The notes: generated from the letters alone by a model not told the origin. A DNA stretch of 64,000 nt from Cyanophora paradoxa CCMP329 (GCA_004431415.1 QPMI01000005.1:372001-436000); one strand, 5' to 3'; shown: positions 1 through 12,306, counted from the stretch's first letter. Numbers and translations are program-made.

Positions 1-377
1 CTCGGCTGCAGAAGGCGCGCCCGGCGCGTCCGTGGTACGGACGGAGCAGCCAGGGCCGTCCAGCGGCGCTGGTGCCGTCGCGGGGCGGGCAGCAGCTGTG
101 CTCGGCGCAGGCGCCGGCTGCTCGGCTGCGTCGGCAGCGAGATTTATTTGATCCCCGGAGGGATTGGTTGGGACTACGTTAGCCCCTTGACGCGCAACGC
201 GCGCCGCGCGGGCGCGGCGGCGTGCGGCGCGCTCGGCGCGGCGGGCCGGCCGGGTTCGTTCACGCTCCTCTGGGAGGTCCAACCCGGGTACCGACGTCGC
301 GCTCGAGCTCCGAGTCGGTGTCGGACGACACCGGCTCATCGTGGAGCGCGAGGCCCTCCATCGTGACGATGGGGACC

Positions 378-1058
378 TCATGGCCCTCGTCGTCGTCGTC
401 GCGCATCATGCGGACAAACAGCGGAGGTGCGCTCGGCGCAGGCTCCTGCCGGTGGCTGCAGTCGCATCGGACTGCCGGGCGGCGGGTGCCGCAAAGATAG
501 GCCCCGGGGCAGGGTGCTGGGCGTCGGCGCGCCCTCAGCTGCCATATAAGCCGCGGCCGTTCGATTGGCCCGGCGACGCATCGAGCGGAAGCCTTGGCCC
601 CGTTTAGGGTAAAAGGCTCGCAGCGTGCGGATGAAAGTATCGGCGACTGCGCGCACGGGCGCATCGTCTGGTGGCGGGTCATACCCGAAGTCGCCGGGCG
701 GCAGGTTGTTAGCCTCCGCCACCGCAACAACGGCCCCTGCTGGCAGCAGGACGGGCTCATTGGCGGGATTTAATAGCCGCACATGCAGGCTGCCGCCCGC
801 GGCTGGGCGCCGGTGCAGCTGGTGGGGCGCGAGTACCCCGAGCGCCGACAAGGAGTCGGGCGCCGGCCCGACGGCGAGCGTCGGAGCCTGGTCCGCAGGC
901 GGCGCAGGGCCGTCAATCACGCAGCGGACCATCCACTCGCGCGCGTCCTTCAGGACGACAGGGCGAAGGACCCGGACAAGGAGAGGCCCCTTCGTTTGTC
1001 CGGGCAGCAAAAAGGGATCACGTGGGGGCGGAATTGCGCGTCGCGCGCGTGCAGGCAC
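378..1058 (-). CDS. Post-protease beta-rich spacer (dUTPase-like fold remnant seen in many Gypsy Pol proteins)
   Basis: LHVRLLNPANEPVLLPAGAVVAVAE (~790-715) resembles the V-x-x-x-N-x6-L-x-x-G-x-x-(I/V)A pattern between PR and RT. Confidence 0.5.
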   Translation of the reverse strand: MPARARRAIPPPRDPFLLPGQTKGPLLVRVLRPVVLKDAREWMVRCVIDGPAPPADQAPTLAVGPAPDSLSALGVLAPHQLHRRPAAGGSLHVRLLNPANEPVLLPAGAVVAVAEANNLPPGDFGYDPPPDDAPVRAVADTFIRTLRAFYPKRGQGFRSMRRRANRTAAAYMAAEGAPTPSTLPRGLSLRHPPPGSPMRLQPPAGACAERTSAVCPHDARRRRRGP

Positions 1059-1453
1059 CAGCCAGAGCTGGTCGTGTCTATCCGCCCCTCGACCATCATG
1101 ATCGTGCCGATGCCCACGAGCAGGTCGGCATTGGGGCCCAGGGAGCCGTCGGGGACGACGTACACGGCCCGCGAGACGTACACGTCACCGAAGCGCAGCA
1201 CGACGTGCGCGATTTCGGCCGTGATCGTGGCGTGGTGCAGGAAGGCCCTCAGGACCTTCACGCCCGTGTACCGGGTGCCCGGGGGCATGTGGCGCTTCTC
1301 GCCAACTTCGCCCATAGCGCCGGTGTCAAAGAGGATTTGGACACGCGTGCTAGCGCCGAGAGTGCCGTCGGCATTCAGGGCGTAGACGAATCCTGGGCAC
1401 TGCAGCTGCAGGCGCCGGAAATCGTGCGGGCGGCCCGAGATCCCATCGATCAC
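950..1453 (-). CDS. Retropepsin-type aspartic protease domain
   Basis: VQILFDTGA active-site motif (1336-1316) and downstream DLLVG motif matching the retropepsin D-h-h-h-G element. Confidence 0.8.
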   Translation of the reverse strand: MIDGISGRPHDFRRLQLQCPGFVYALNADGTLGASTRVQILFDTGAMGEVGEKRHMPPGTRYTGVKVLRAFLHHATITAEIAHVVLRFGDVYVSRAVYVVPDGSLGPNADLLVGIGTIMMVEGRIDTTSSGWCLHARDAQFRPHVIPFCCPDKRRGLSLSGSFALSS

Positions 1454-4400
1454 ATGCGCAATCGGGATAGGGGCGTTGAGGCCGCCGGGCGGGGCGCCTT
1501 CGGGGGACTCCGGGACCGCGAGGTCCGACGGACGGTCCGGGCCGTACCCGGTGAGGTCACCAGGGTCGGCGGCGGCGTGGGGAAGTGCAGCGACGAGCGC
1601 TGCCGGCTGTTGCTGGCGTGCAACGCCGCGGACCGACTCTGCGGGGCTGCAGAGGTTTTCCGGTCCGGCCCGTCCGTGAGGGGCTGCGGCTCCCTGGTCG
1701 CAGCCGCCATGACGCTTTCGGCAATAGACCGCGGCTGCAGTGCAGCGCGCGTCGCGAAGTCGTCCTCGCCTTCATCGTCCCCGTAGACACGGAGGACGGC
1801 ACGGGCGCCAGGACGGCAGCGGCCCTCGGCCTGGCGCGCCTGGGCCTGCCCGATCAGCCGGAGCAGCTCGGATTCGATCCGATCGAACTGTTCCAAGCTG
1901 GAACGGCCGCAGCCCAAATCGTCGCTGCGACGTTAAGGGCCGCCCACGAGGCGCCGCTGGGCAGCGTCGTGCCCGGAAGATTGTGACCGGCGGCGGTCGC
2001 AATCTCGTCCAGGACTTCGGACAGAAGCGGCGGGCTTGCTTCGTTGCCAGCCTCGAGCAGGAGGCGCAAGCGAGCGCGCCAGTTTTTGGCGGCTTGGTAG
2101 TGGGCTGCACCGGCGCTGTCGCCGGGCGCCGGCGCGCCGGGGCCAGCAGGGGCGGTCACGCCCGGCATCGGCGGCCCGTACATCATGCCCGGCGGCCAAT
2201 AGTAGCCGCCGCCTCCGGGCATCTGAGGCATCAGGGCCGGTGGCGGCCCGCCCCAGGTGGGCCGCGGCGGCGGCGGGCCCATGGGAATGGCGGGTACGCC
2301 GCGGCGTCAGCCGGCGGGACACCGCTGGGTGCAACGCGAGCCCGCTTGTTGCGGCGCTCGGCTTCGGCTAGGAGGCGGGCGCGCGTCTCCTCCGGCGTGG
2401 GCGCCGGTGCGGGCGCGTCCTCGAGCTCGAGGCCGTGCTCACGCGCGACGGCAGCGAACGCTGCGTCATCGAGGCCGGCGAAGTCGTCGGCGTCGCTCGC
2501 CGCAGGCGCGGTCGAAGCGGTCACCGTGACGCGGTTGCCGTGCATCACGCGCCGGTCCCGGTGAGTGCCTTCACGGGCACGGCCACCGCGCGCACGGTCG
2601 GCGGGGACCGGGAGGAGGACTCGCGCGGCGGGGCCGAGCGAGCCTCGCGGCGCTCGGCTTCCGGGTGCTGCCGCTTCGCGCCTTGCGGCGTGCGGGACGC
2701 ACGGCGCCGTTCAGGCACCGGCGAGCGGGAGGCGCGGGAGCGGGCTCGGCTCGCGCGACCCGGAGCCCGTTGTGCCCGAGGCAGAGGACGCTTCGTCCTT
2801 TGCCTTCTTGGGCGTCGAGTCACCCCGGACCTGGGCCCGCAGGGTCTTCGGGATGACCTCGGGGCGGCGCCCGCTCCAGTGCATGAGGAGGGCAGCCGAC
2901 ATCCGGTAATGGAACGGCGTGACCGCCATTACCGTGGTGCCCAGGTCGGGCGCATCCGCAGGTGCGGGAAGGGCGCATCCGGCTTAGCGACCGTGTCGAA
3001 AGCCGGCGCCGGCCAAAGGTCGGAGACCAAGAGGCGCGGCGGGCGTGCGCTCGTCATGATGGCCAGAGGACATCATTGATCTTCTGAACCCAGCTCAGGA
3101 GAGCCCGCGAGGTGGCTTCCTGGCCGTGGAGCATGTGATCCTCGCCAGCATGCGAGAGATGCCGGGCGGCCCACGTGTCACGGTCGACGTGACAGAACTC
3201 GCGCATGCCGTGCGCGGTGGTACGGGCGGGCAGGATGCGCTCAAGGAGGCGAACATCCAAGCAGCCGACAGTGTCCTCATGCTTTGCGAGCAGTGCGCGA
3301 AGCTGAGTCGTCGCGGGCAAACCCCAGATCTGCAGCATCGCGTCTGCGAGCTGCTTCTTCGACGCCGGCGCATTGTCGAGCCACGATGTGGCGACAGCGG
3401 TCGGGCGGGGAAGGTCTGGCATGGAGAACCAGAACAGGGTCGCCAGCGGAAGCTGGGAGGCCAGAACGAGGGCCGCGTACTCGTCGACAATGTCCGTAGG
3501 GACTTTGTCTTTGACGGTGTGGTAGACAGCGTAAAGCTCGTCACCATCGACCGTGCGCATGTGGCTACCGCGCTTGTCAGCGCTCAGAGTATTGCGGTCA
3601 CCGCGATAGCAGATATCCCGCAAGAACTCATAGGCCGCGGTCGGCCCCACGACGTGCATCTGCACGTTGTACCCTGCCACCGGCGCCGGGCGCCGGGGCT
3701 CAGGCAGCTCGTGGCCGAGGATCCAGCCGGCCAAGTGGTTCACATACCCCGCAAGCAGGGATGCGACGAACTCACGAGTCGGCAGCGGTGCCCACGTGGC
3801 GCCGTTCTCGGTGACGATGGGGCAGACGAGCGGGTGCATCCGCGTCCCCTTGTGCATCGGGTTCACCGGCGGCCGGCTGGACTCGTACCCCAGCGTAAAG
3901 ACGCGGGGCGGCAAGCGGTCGAGCTGGCGACGCGCCTCCGCCTCGGAGGGTACTGCATCGCGACGTGGGCGGGGCCCAGCGTGACGCGGATGGCGTTCTT
4001 CCCGGCGGCGTCGCCGAGGACGTCGAGGGCGTTCGCATCGAGCTCAGCCGCGAAGGCACGCTCGGAGCTTAGGACCGGCTCGCCGGGACGAGCATGCGCA
4101 CGCGCGAGTCGGCTTGCGCGACTACGCGGATGCCGAACTTGCGGCCGAAGCGCGGGTCCTTGAACGCGACCACGCGACTGCGCGGTGGTGCACGGTTCGG
4201 CCCCGCGTGGGGTTGAACTGGTGCGGCCGGTGCAGGTACGCGTAGGACATGCGACACGTGTGGTGCATGACCGTGTTCAGCGTGGCGTACGCCTTCGTGA
4301 TCGGCCCGTCCTCACGGAGCGGGAGAGCGGGCTCCGAGGAGACCCACTTAGTGATGTGCTCATCGAGCCCCATCATCGCGAGCACGTAGGGCAGGCCCTG

Positions 4401-7400
4401 GACGTCCGCACCCTCGAGGGTGGTCGGAGTCGGCGGGACCGGCGGCCCGTAGAGCAAAATCGCGGCAGGGATGCCGCGGTTATGCCCTTCGACGTTTCCA
4501 AGGACCGTCGAGGCGAGGCTGTGCAGAGCAGCATCGGCGTCGAGCGCGTCCGGGTGGAAGCGCGTTTGCAGGTGTGTGCCCGGGTTAAACACGGGGCCGC
4601 AGTCCCGTGGCCCGTTCTCGCCGTACATGAGAGTACGGAGGCGGGGGATTGCGCCCCAGGGCTGCTGCTCGGGCAACGTGTTGGTTGCGGAGCCCGCCCC
4701 GAGCGGGTCCGGGAGCAGCACGCAGTACTTTTCGCAGTACCGCAGGCGCTCGAGCGTGCCGTCGTACCAAGTGCGCGAGCCCGGAGGGCTTGCGGGTCCG
4801 GAGCCGGGGGCTCGGAGGACCGGCGGCAGCGGCGCTCGAGGCGGAGGCGGCGGCTGTGGCCTCGACCATGGGCGTGTCGCCCGCGGCGTCGCGCTCGTTC
4901 GCGCGAACGGCGCCGGCCCAGTCGTCGATCCACCGCACGAACGGCAGAGAGCGGATGACGACTTCCGCGCCCTCGACGGGGAAGTCGATTTCGCCCAGGT
5001 CCAAGAGGCCCCTTCGACGGCGTTGTCGTACAGCCGAACCTCCTGGCTCAGCCAGGAGTCCGCGTCCATCTTTGCGGCGGCCCGCTGAACAACTTCGGAG
5101 ATGTTCAGGTCCGGGGGTACATGGAGGCGAGCTCGCAGACGAGACCCTCGCAACCCGGGTGCAGCGCGCGGACGCGCCCGTAGAAGAAGCGAACTTCTTC
5201 GGGCAGCTGTTGTTCCGAGTACGGAACAAAGGGCACGGTTCCCGGACCAGTGCGTCCGCTGAACCAGCACGACATCAGCCAGCGTGCGTGGGCAGGCACG
5301 GGCTCGACGACATCAAGACCGGGCCCCGTGTTTTGGGACGCGCGCCAGCGGTCATTGACGTAGTATCCCGGCAGGCGGGAGACGTGGAACTCAAAGCGGT
5401 CCAGGAAAACCGCGTCCCAGTGGGAACAGGTCCACCGGTCCGGCTCCGTCGGGAGCTCAGGGCGCGGGTCAAGAGACCCGAGTTCCAGGCTGCAAGTTCG
5501 AACGACGCAACCGCGCGCCGTAGGAACCGCACGTTGGCGGGGTGCCGCTGGGGCACGCTCAGCTCAAGTCGCTCCCACGCCTCGCGCGAGGCGTCTGCGT
5601 GGAAGTGGCTAAACCGGCGCCACGGGGGCTGCGCGGTTTCTGCTGCGAGCCAGCCCTGGAGTTCGGGGTGGGGCTCGGTTTGCAGCAGGAGCGGGTTCTG
5701 GGCCTGCGTGAGGCCACTGTTCGCGAGCCACATGTGCTCGACCGACGTCGACCAGTTGGACGACGGGGCGGGGCAACCGACGAGCTCGAAGAGCTTTGCG
5801 TCGATGCCGCTTCGGACGAAGAGCGCGTGCCACATGCGCTCACGGGCGTCGGCATCAATACCCGCATGCTCATCGGATTCCATGGCGTCTGGAGGCGGCG
5901 TGGCGGCGCCACCCTCGCCCTCATCCGACGAGCCGGAGCCCGGGTCCGAACTGCCGCTGGCGGCGGCGCGGTCGCCGGGCGGGCGAGCAGGGGCACCGCG
6001 GCGGGCGCGCGAGCCGCCTCGTCCACGGCCCTCGGTGGTGCCGGCGGCTGCCGCAGTCGGCTTGCCGCGGCCACGGCGCGTGGTGGCGACTGTTCGGGCC
6101 AACGCATCGCACGAAGCGATGATTTCGTTATGCTTGTCCCACACCGAACTGTTGGTGTGGGGCCCTTATAGCGCCGGCGCACTTCGCCGTAGACCAACCG
6201 CATGCGGTGGGCCGGCTTATCAAGGAGCGTGGTGGCGTAAACGCCGGACTGCGACATGCAGTAGCAGACCCAGACGAACACACACCACGTGAATTCGCCA
6301 TTGCGAGCGGCGGAATCCATTTCTCCTTGCAGCGCTTTCATGAGCCACAGGAACTCGGGGCTCGTGCGGCGCTCGTTCTTCACCAGGTCCGGCGGACCAA
6401 GGCGCGGGACGGCGCGGGAGGCGAGCAGGTCGAGCACGTCGACCTCGCGATGGTTATCGCGGCGGGGCACCGGATAACGGCGATCGAGGAACGCCTCGAT
6501 GCTAGGCCCGCGCATCAGGGGGTCGGCGTCCGGGTGGTGCCGGAACCGGAGCCCCTCGTCGGGACCGACGGGGCGGTCCACAACGACGGTGGGGCAGCGC
6601 GGTACGTGCCAATCCCCAGGAGCCAGTCAGAGAACAGCAGAGAGCTGAACTCGTCGGGGCGCCGCGGGTCAATGAGCCGGGCCATGCGCTGCACGGCGAC
6701 GCGCTCGGGCACGTAGACAACGCGCCACTTGTCCAAATCGGAGCCGTGCTGGACGAGCTCGGAAAGGTTGACGAGCGGGGCTCGCCCCGCACGCAGCGGG
6801 CGCGGCGCTCGGCCTGTGTGGCCAGGACGCGAGCGGCGACGGTGCCCTCGGAGCTCTTGTCGAAGCAAGCAGCGCCGGCGACCTCACGCAGCCTTGCGGC
6901 ATACGTTTGGTACTGAGTGACGGGCGGAGCCACGTCGTGAGGGGTGATCCACTCAAAGAGGCTGTTCTTGCCAAATCCCAGAGCCCCCGGAACGACCGTG
7001 AGGGTGCGGAAACGGATTATGGCCAGCAGCAACTGCACGCAGTATGCGTGGAAGTCGCAGTCCTCGTGGAGGATCTCGCGGGCTGCGGCGAGTGCCGAGC
7101 GCATCGCGTGATAGCCCGTCAGGGCCGGCGAGACCGGGGTATCGGGCGTCTCGTCCCAGTCCCGCGGGTCAAACGCCACGTCATACCCGGTGGCATTCTC
7201 AGCCAGTATGCGGGGCCACTGCAAGCCCGGCTGGGCGAGCAGGTACGCGGACGCGACGAGAAGGGACAAGATCGGCGAGCGATCAGAGTCGCTAAGCCAA
7301 CTCGCCTCAGATGCGAGGTCCCAGCATGCCGACTTCGGGGCGTGCTGCTCCCAAGCGGCGAGCAGATCGTCCCACGCGCGCGGCGACGCGGTGTCGAACT

Positions 7401-8568
7401 CGAAGGCGAGATCGGGCCAGACGACTTCGGAGTCGTCAGGCGGGGGACCGACCCCAGAGCATGAGCCCGGGTCCTCGGGGTGGGCGAACGCCGCGCGCAG
7501 AATTGCACGCATAGCGCGGCCGGAATCCGGGCCCTCATGCAGGCGGTGGTCCGTGCGGGCGACCACGGCCGCAGTCTCGATCACGCAAGCGAGGTTGTTA
7601 ACCTCGGTGCGCTGAGTCAAGCGACCCAGGAGGAGACGGTCCGCGCGGTTCAGTCCGCAGGCGCCCAGGAAGCGATCGGCAACGATGCCGATCGTACCCT
7701 CGCCGGCAAGTTTGCGCACAAGCGGGATTTGCTTATGCCCCTCCATGCCGTTGGTGAAGAGGAGCCCGACGGCCCTCGACAGCGCGCGAGGCTCCGAGGC
7801 CAGCAGCGCGTACCACTTAGAGAGTGGCATGAGCAGGGGGGCAATGCGGCGGACAATGAAGCGGCTGCCCTCGCGTTGCGAGTCAACGAGCACGCTCTCG
7901 GTGTGGTCGCCGGGCATGTACCGCAGCTTGGTGGGCGCGGACATTGGCTTTTTCTCGACGTATTCGAGACCCGAGCCCTTGCCGCAGGGATCCAGGGGGT
8001 CGGACTCCGAGCGGACGCTCAGTCCGTCGGCGTCGGTCTCGCCGATTTCCGAGTCCCCTGAGCCATCGTCGCTTGCCGGGCTGGCAAAGCGCAGGGCGGC
8101 CTCGAACTCGGTCTCACGCGCGGCGTCGTCAAGGGCACCGGCGGCGAGGGTCGAGGCGGCCGCGTCGAAGGCGGCCTGGTCACGCGCCCGGGCGGCGATG
8201 ACGCTGGCGTCGGCCGGCTGGCGCACGGCGGCGACGGGGACGCTGAGGTCCATGTCCGTCTCAGTGCCCACGGGCATCACGAGGACGGACTTGATCGACG
8301 GGTCGCCGCTCGGGGCGCCTGGGCCGGGCTTGCTGCCTGCCGAGGAGGAGCTCGCGGCACGCGCGGCCTCGTGCAGGGCTTGCTGCTGCGACTGAACCAG
8401 CAGATGCTGGAAGAATTCAGCCATGTGGGCAGCGCCCGGGTTCGGCGGCTCGGAGCGCGGCGGATCGCCTCCGGCGCGAACTTGGTTGAACCGGGGCCGG
8501 GGCCCGCGGTTCTGCTCAGGGCCATAGCCGCGGCCACGGCCGCTCTGGGCGTTGCCCTGGGCGGAGGG
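1454..8568 (-). CDS. Uncharacterised polyprotein segment (~2,300-2,400 codons) between knuckle and protease, broken by frameshifts
   Basis: Overlapping protein-like ORF pieces (6502-8583, 6515-6868, 5559-6581, 5275-6144, 5105-5299, 4585-5229, 4122-5270, 3054-3914, 2711-2929, 2231-2548, 1854-2282) can be chained by single-base shifts, mostly at C/G runs. Confidence 0.6.
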
Positions 8569-10175
8569 GCAATCCCGGCGCATGTGGTCCAGCGAGCCGC
8601 AGGTCCAGCAGCCTCGCTGCTCATCCTGCTCGCTCGTCTCCTTACCCTTCCCCAGCGGGCGCTGGTTCGGGCCGGAGGCCGGGCCACGGCCGGAGCCGCC
8701 GGCGTAGCCGCTGCGGGCGCCGCCGCGGAACCCGCCGCGGGCTTGGAAACCGCCCGGGGGTACGGCTCCTGGCGGTGTCCACCGCGGTGGGCGTAACCGC
8801 CGCGGTTCGGGCCGGGGTCCCCGCGCTCGTCGCGGTCGGGGCCCTCGTCCTCGCGGGTCGCGCGCTCGCGGCGCTTCAAGCCCGCCCGCTTCTCAGCGAT
8901 CCCCTTCACCCAGTCGGCGTACGGGATGCCGGGGAACGGGGCCGTGCCCCACGCGCAATTCCACGTAAAGTGGCAGCGGTCGAGGGCCGGCATCTCCACG
9001 TGCATGCACAGGGGGCATGGCGTCGTGGTGGTGCACGGGTACCCCAGGTTTTCCTCGTCCGGGTGCCGGCGGCTCGAGACGGGGGCGCCCGGCGGCGCCT
9101 TGGTGCCAGGGGCGGCGTGCACCGATTTCGTCGGGACGGCCTCGTCAGGCTCGTCCTCGTCATCGGCCGCCACGGCCATTTTGCGCACGCGGGGGCGCTT
9201 GGTCTCAGGCGCCTCGGGCGCGACCATGGCCTGGGGTGGCAGCACGGTACGGCAGCCGTGCGTCTCGCATGCCTGGAGGAATAGATCGTCCAGCTGGAGT
9301 GGCGACAGGGCGCCGTCCAGAGCGAGAATGCGCTGGTCCAGCGCAGTGAGGAACTCGCGCAGCGTGCGCTCGTTCAGCTTCGCGAACCCGGCCATCCGAA
9401 CATCAAGGTTCTGATATTCCGGGTCCTCGCTCGTCGCGCGGGCCTCAAGCGCAGTGCGCAGGCACTCGGCGTAGTACACGGCGAGGCGCTGGCCCGTCGG
9501 CAGCGTGTGCCGGACGAGAGGCAAGAACCAGTCGTGCCACGAGCGCGGATCCTCGCCCGTGTAGGGCTCAGTGAGGGCCCGGCGGGCCGCGTGCGGGCGC
9601 GCCTTGTGGATCCACGCCGTGATCGTATCAAGCAGCCCGGGGGCACGCAAGTACGCATCGCGAGTGGCCACGATTGAGGCCTCATCACGCGCGCAGCTCT
9701 GCTGCAGCGCGAGGATCATGGCGTCGTCGTCGGCAGAACGCAAGTTCGCCGGGACGAGCTCAAGGCGCCGCAGCGTAGCGCGGTCACGCTCCAGGCCAGC
9801 AATAGAGGCCTCATAGAGGTCGCGCTTACGCTCGATTACGGCGCGGAGGGCGCCGGGGCGGATGCGCCCGACGATCACTCCGGCAAGAGCCTCGGACTTA
9901 GTATACTCCTGGCCGCCGGCAGCGTCGGGGCCAAAGAGATACTTCGTCGGCTGCGCCGACTGATAGTTCCGGACGTCCTTGCGGAACCGGTCACCATCGG
10001 CGAGACGGGGCTGGGCGGGCAAGAATCCGATCCGCGCGGGATCATCATCAGCCACAGCCGAGGCGCCGGGGGCGGCGTACTGCACAGCAAGTTCGGCCTT
10101 CGCAGGCTCAACATGCGCGAGCGCAGACAGCTGGCTCCGGACTTCAGAACTAAGGAGTTCCGAGGAGTTTGACAT
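8569..10175 (-). CDS. gag: Gag-like region with helical/coiled segment, expanded Cys/His motif, RGG-rich tract and CCHC zinc knuckle
   Basis: ORF 8277..10175 shifts frame at a C5 run (8756-8760) into a frame reading PPGGFQARGGFRGG...RG-CWTCGSLDHMRRDC (8610-8569), a perfect CX2CX4HX4C. CPLC-x11-H-x4-C at 9017-8955. Confidence 0.75.
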
Positions 10176-12185
10176 GTTGTTCTCTTTGCAACGTAAAGCC
10201 GCAAGAACAAGATGCCGGGGAGAGCACTAGGCGCGGGATTTGATCTGCAGCTCGCTGCAGAATCCGGCGCGGGGATCTCGCGGTCACGCAAGAGCGCGAC
10301 TCAGGGACACTTAGGGAGCTGCTCGCGGCAGTCTCCGTGGCACGGTTGCTCGCAACCGGCGATGGGACAGGCAATGATGAGACTCTCGAGAGAGAGCTCG
10401 GCGCGTGCGCTTCGGTCTGGGGATGACCCGAAGCCCGCGATAGGCACTAGAGACGTTTCCGGTGCACTACCGTCCAACCGCAAGCGGTACAGGGCGGCGC
10501 ACTCAAACGCAAAGCAACCGTGGGGACGGCGCTCGCGCGGAAAGCAGGTCTCTGGCTCCAATAGACACTGGGCAAGGCGGCGCAGCGATGCGCGCTGCGC
10601 GGCGGGGCTGGGGAGAGCGATACGGACTCAGACCCTTGAAGGTTCGATTCCGGCAGAATGGCGCCTGTCGCGTGCGAGATTAGTGTGTCTAATCGTGCGC
10701 GCGGGATGCCCGTGCGGAGTGCAAGCTCGGCAGGGCAGGGAATGGCGAGTGTCGCTGTAGTTAGTCACCAAGATCCAGACTCTGGGTGTACCCGTCCAGA
10801 TACGGCGTACCCCGACACGAATACAAGTGACCGCGGCGCTCTAACTAGCCTAGGCGCCGTCGGTCCAGCAGCTCGAAGGCTGACATAATCTAGAGCCCTA
10901 GCGGCTCAGAAATATAAATGAGCATCCGATAATGTCGGATGCGACAGGCGGAGGTAGCTGCGGGACGCACCACGGTCCTCGGAACGATTCCCCCGGGAGT
11001 GCAGCGACAGTCCAACTGGTGCCTGCATGTGCATGAAGTCGAAACGTTATTGGGGAAGGACCTCCTTCCCCTTTCCCCACTTGGGGGGTGTCCGGGTGCC
11101 CACCCTAGGCCAAAATGAAATGTCCCGACCTCCCAAAACCCGGGTTTTCTCGCCGGATCCTAGCAAAGCATGTCCCTAGGAGTACGGAAACGTGTTCCGG
11201 GAAATTTGGGCCCCGTCGGGTCGACCAGGAATGGGCAATAACACATTTTCGGAAAATGCAATCTAGCGCCTCACCAAGTGGCGGTATATCTGCCGGACCG
11301 AGTGCTCCTGAATGCGCTTGATGTGCCCGACGAGTCATGTCATACATTCCGAGACCGGAGGAGCACAGGGTAGCCCGCCAGGCCGCCTCAAGTACCTGTT
11401 GTACCGGACGCCGGAAAAAAGAGCTCCTGCGAGTCGGGAGCCGATTGCTGGGTACGCAGTACTACGTTCTCGCCATGGCGCGCCGAGGTGGACGTCGACA
11501 AGCTCGAGGGCGTGGCGCCGACCCGTGACCTGCCGACCAGCAAAGTTCGTTTCGTTCCCAAGCTTCGTTCTCAGCATATCGCGTCCATGTCGCAGATCAG
11601 CGCATCTGCGTCTGCGATCTCTCTGAATGGTTCTAGATCTCCTTCGTGCCAGCCGCATGGTCAGATGCTCGAGCCTCACTCGAGCTCGCTCGTGTGGGCG
11701 CTCGCGCCGCGTCGCGCGGCGCCGGCCGCGGCCGCGGCCGCACCATGGCCAGGTGCGAACGAATGCATGCAGGTGCGCTCGCGCGGCGCCGGCCGCGACC
11801 TTCAGCTGTGCATGCAGGCTTCGAATTCGCGAGAGGCAGCAGCGAGACGCAGCAGCGAGCGTCGCAGCTGGGCATCAACATCGCATCTGTTCCATCGGTA
11901 CCGGTGCGCATGCTGCACAGCTGTGCTCGTCGCTTCCTCTACCTCCGGGTGCATGCTTGCCACCCTCAGCCTTGCACCCGCATACAATCGACCGGGTCGA
12001 GCCGCGAGCAAGCATCACATCGATATCACCTCCAAGACCTCGGCCTCCGCCTCCTTTGACGGCGCGCCCGTCCGCCTTGCTGCGCTCCTCGCCTCCGCCC
12101 GCGCCAACGCCGGCCAACCCCGGCGCGGCGGCGCGGCTCGCTGTACGGGGTGGGGGCTCGGCGGGCGGCGGCGCGGCCTGCCTGG

Positions 12186-12306
12186 CCGGGCGGAGGCGCG
12201 GCGGGCGGCGGCGCGGCTCGCCGGGCGGGGCGGAGGCCGGCGGGCGGCGGCGCGGCTCGCCGGGCGGGGCGGAGGCGCGGCGGGCGGCGGCGCGGCGGGC
12301 GGCGGC
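12186..12306. repeat. GC-rich tandem repeat, ~33-bp unit x3
   Basis: Recurring gggcggaggc..cgggcggcggcgcggctcgccgggcg. Confidence 0.7.

Larger units (their letters stand above)
1..11500 (-). mobile_element. Very large LTR-type (Ty3/Gypsy-like) retrotransposon, 5' portion; 3' part outside window, upstream boundary uncertain
   Basis: About 10 kb of intron-free minus-strand coding in a genome whose genes have introns every ~100-200 nt. Order: Gag-like ORF, CX2CX4HX4C knuckle, long unknown region, ILFDTGA retropepsin, Gypsy-type post-protease spacer. RT/RH/IN not seen. LTR not verifiable without the second copy. Confidence 0.75.

Noticed and set aside
1022-6292. Long plus-strand ORFs (e.g. 3126-4163, 4649-6292)
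   Set aside because: Antisense shadows of the GC-rich minus-strand polyprotein; Arg/Ala/Gly-rich with no motifs.
1-10175. Many frameshifts as programmed recoding or pseudogenisation
   Set aside because: Mostly single-base losses at C/G runs, also seen in host genes; sequencing error is the simpler explanation.
10641-10651. GGTTCGATTCC B-box/T-loop (also at 17359-17369) suggesting tRNA or SINE
   Set aside because: No T-stem pairing beyond 2 bp, and no cloverleaf or A-box found.
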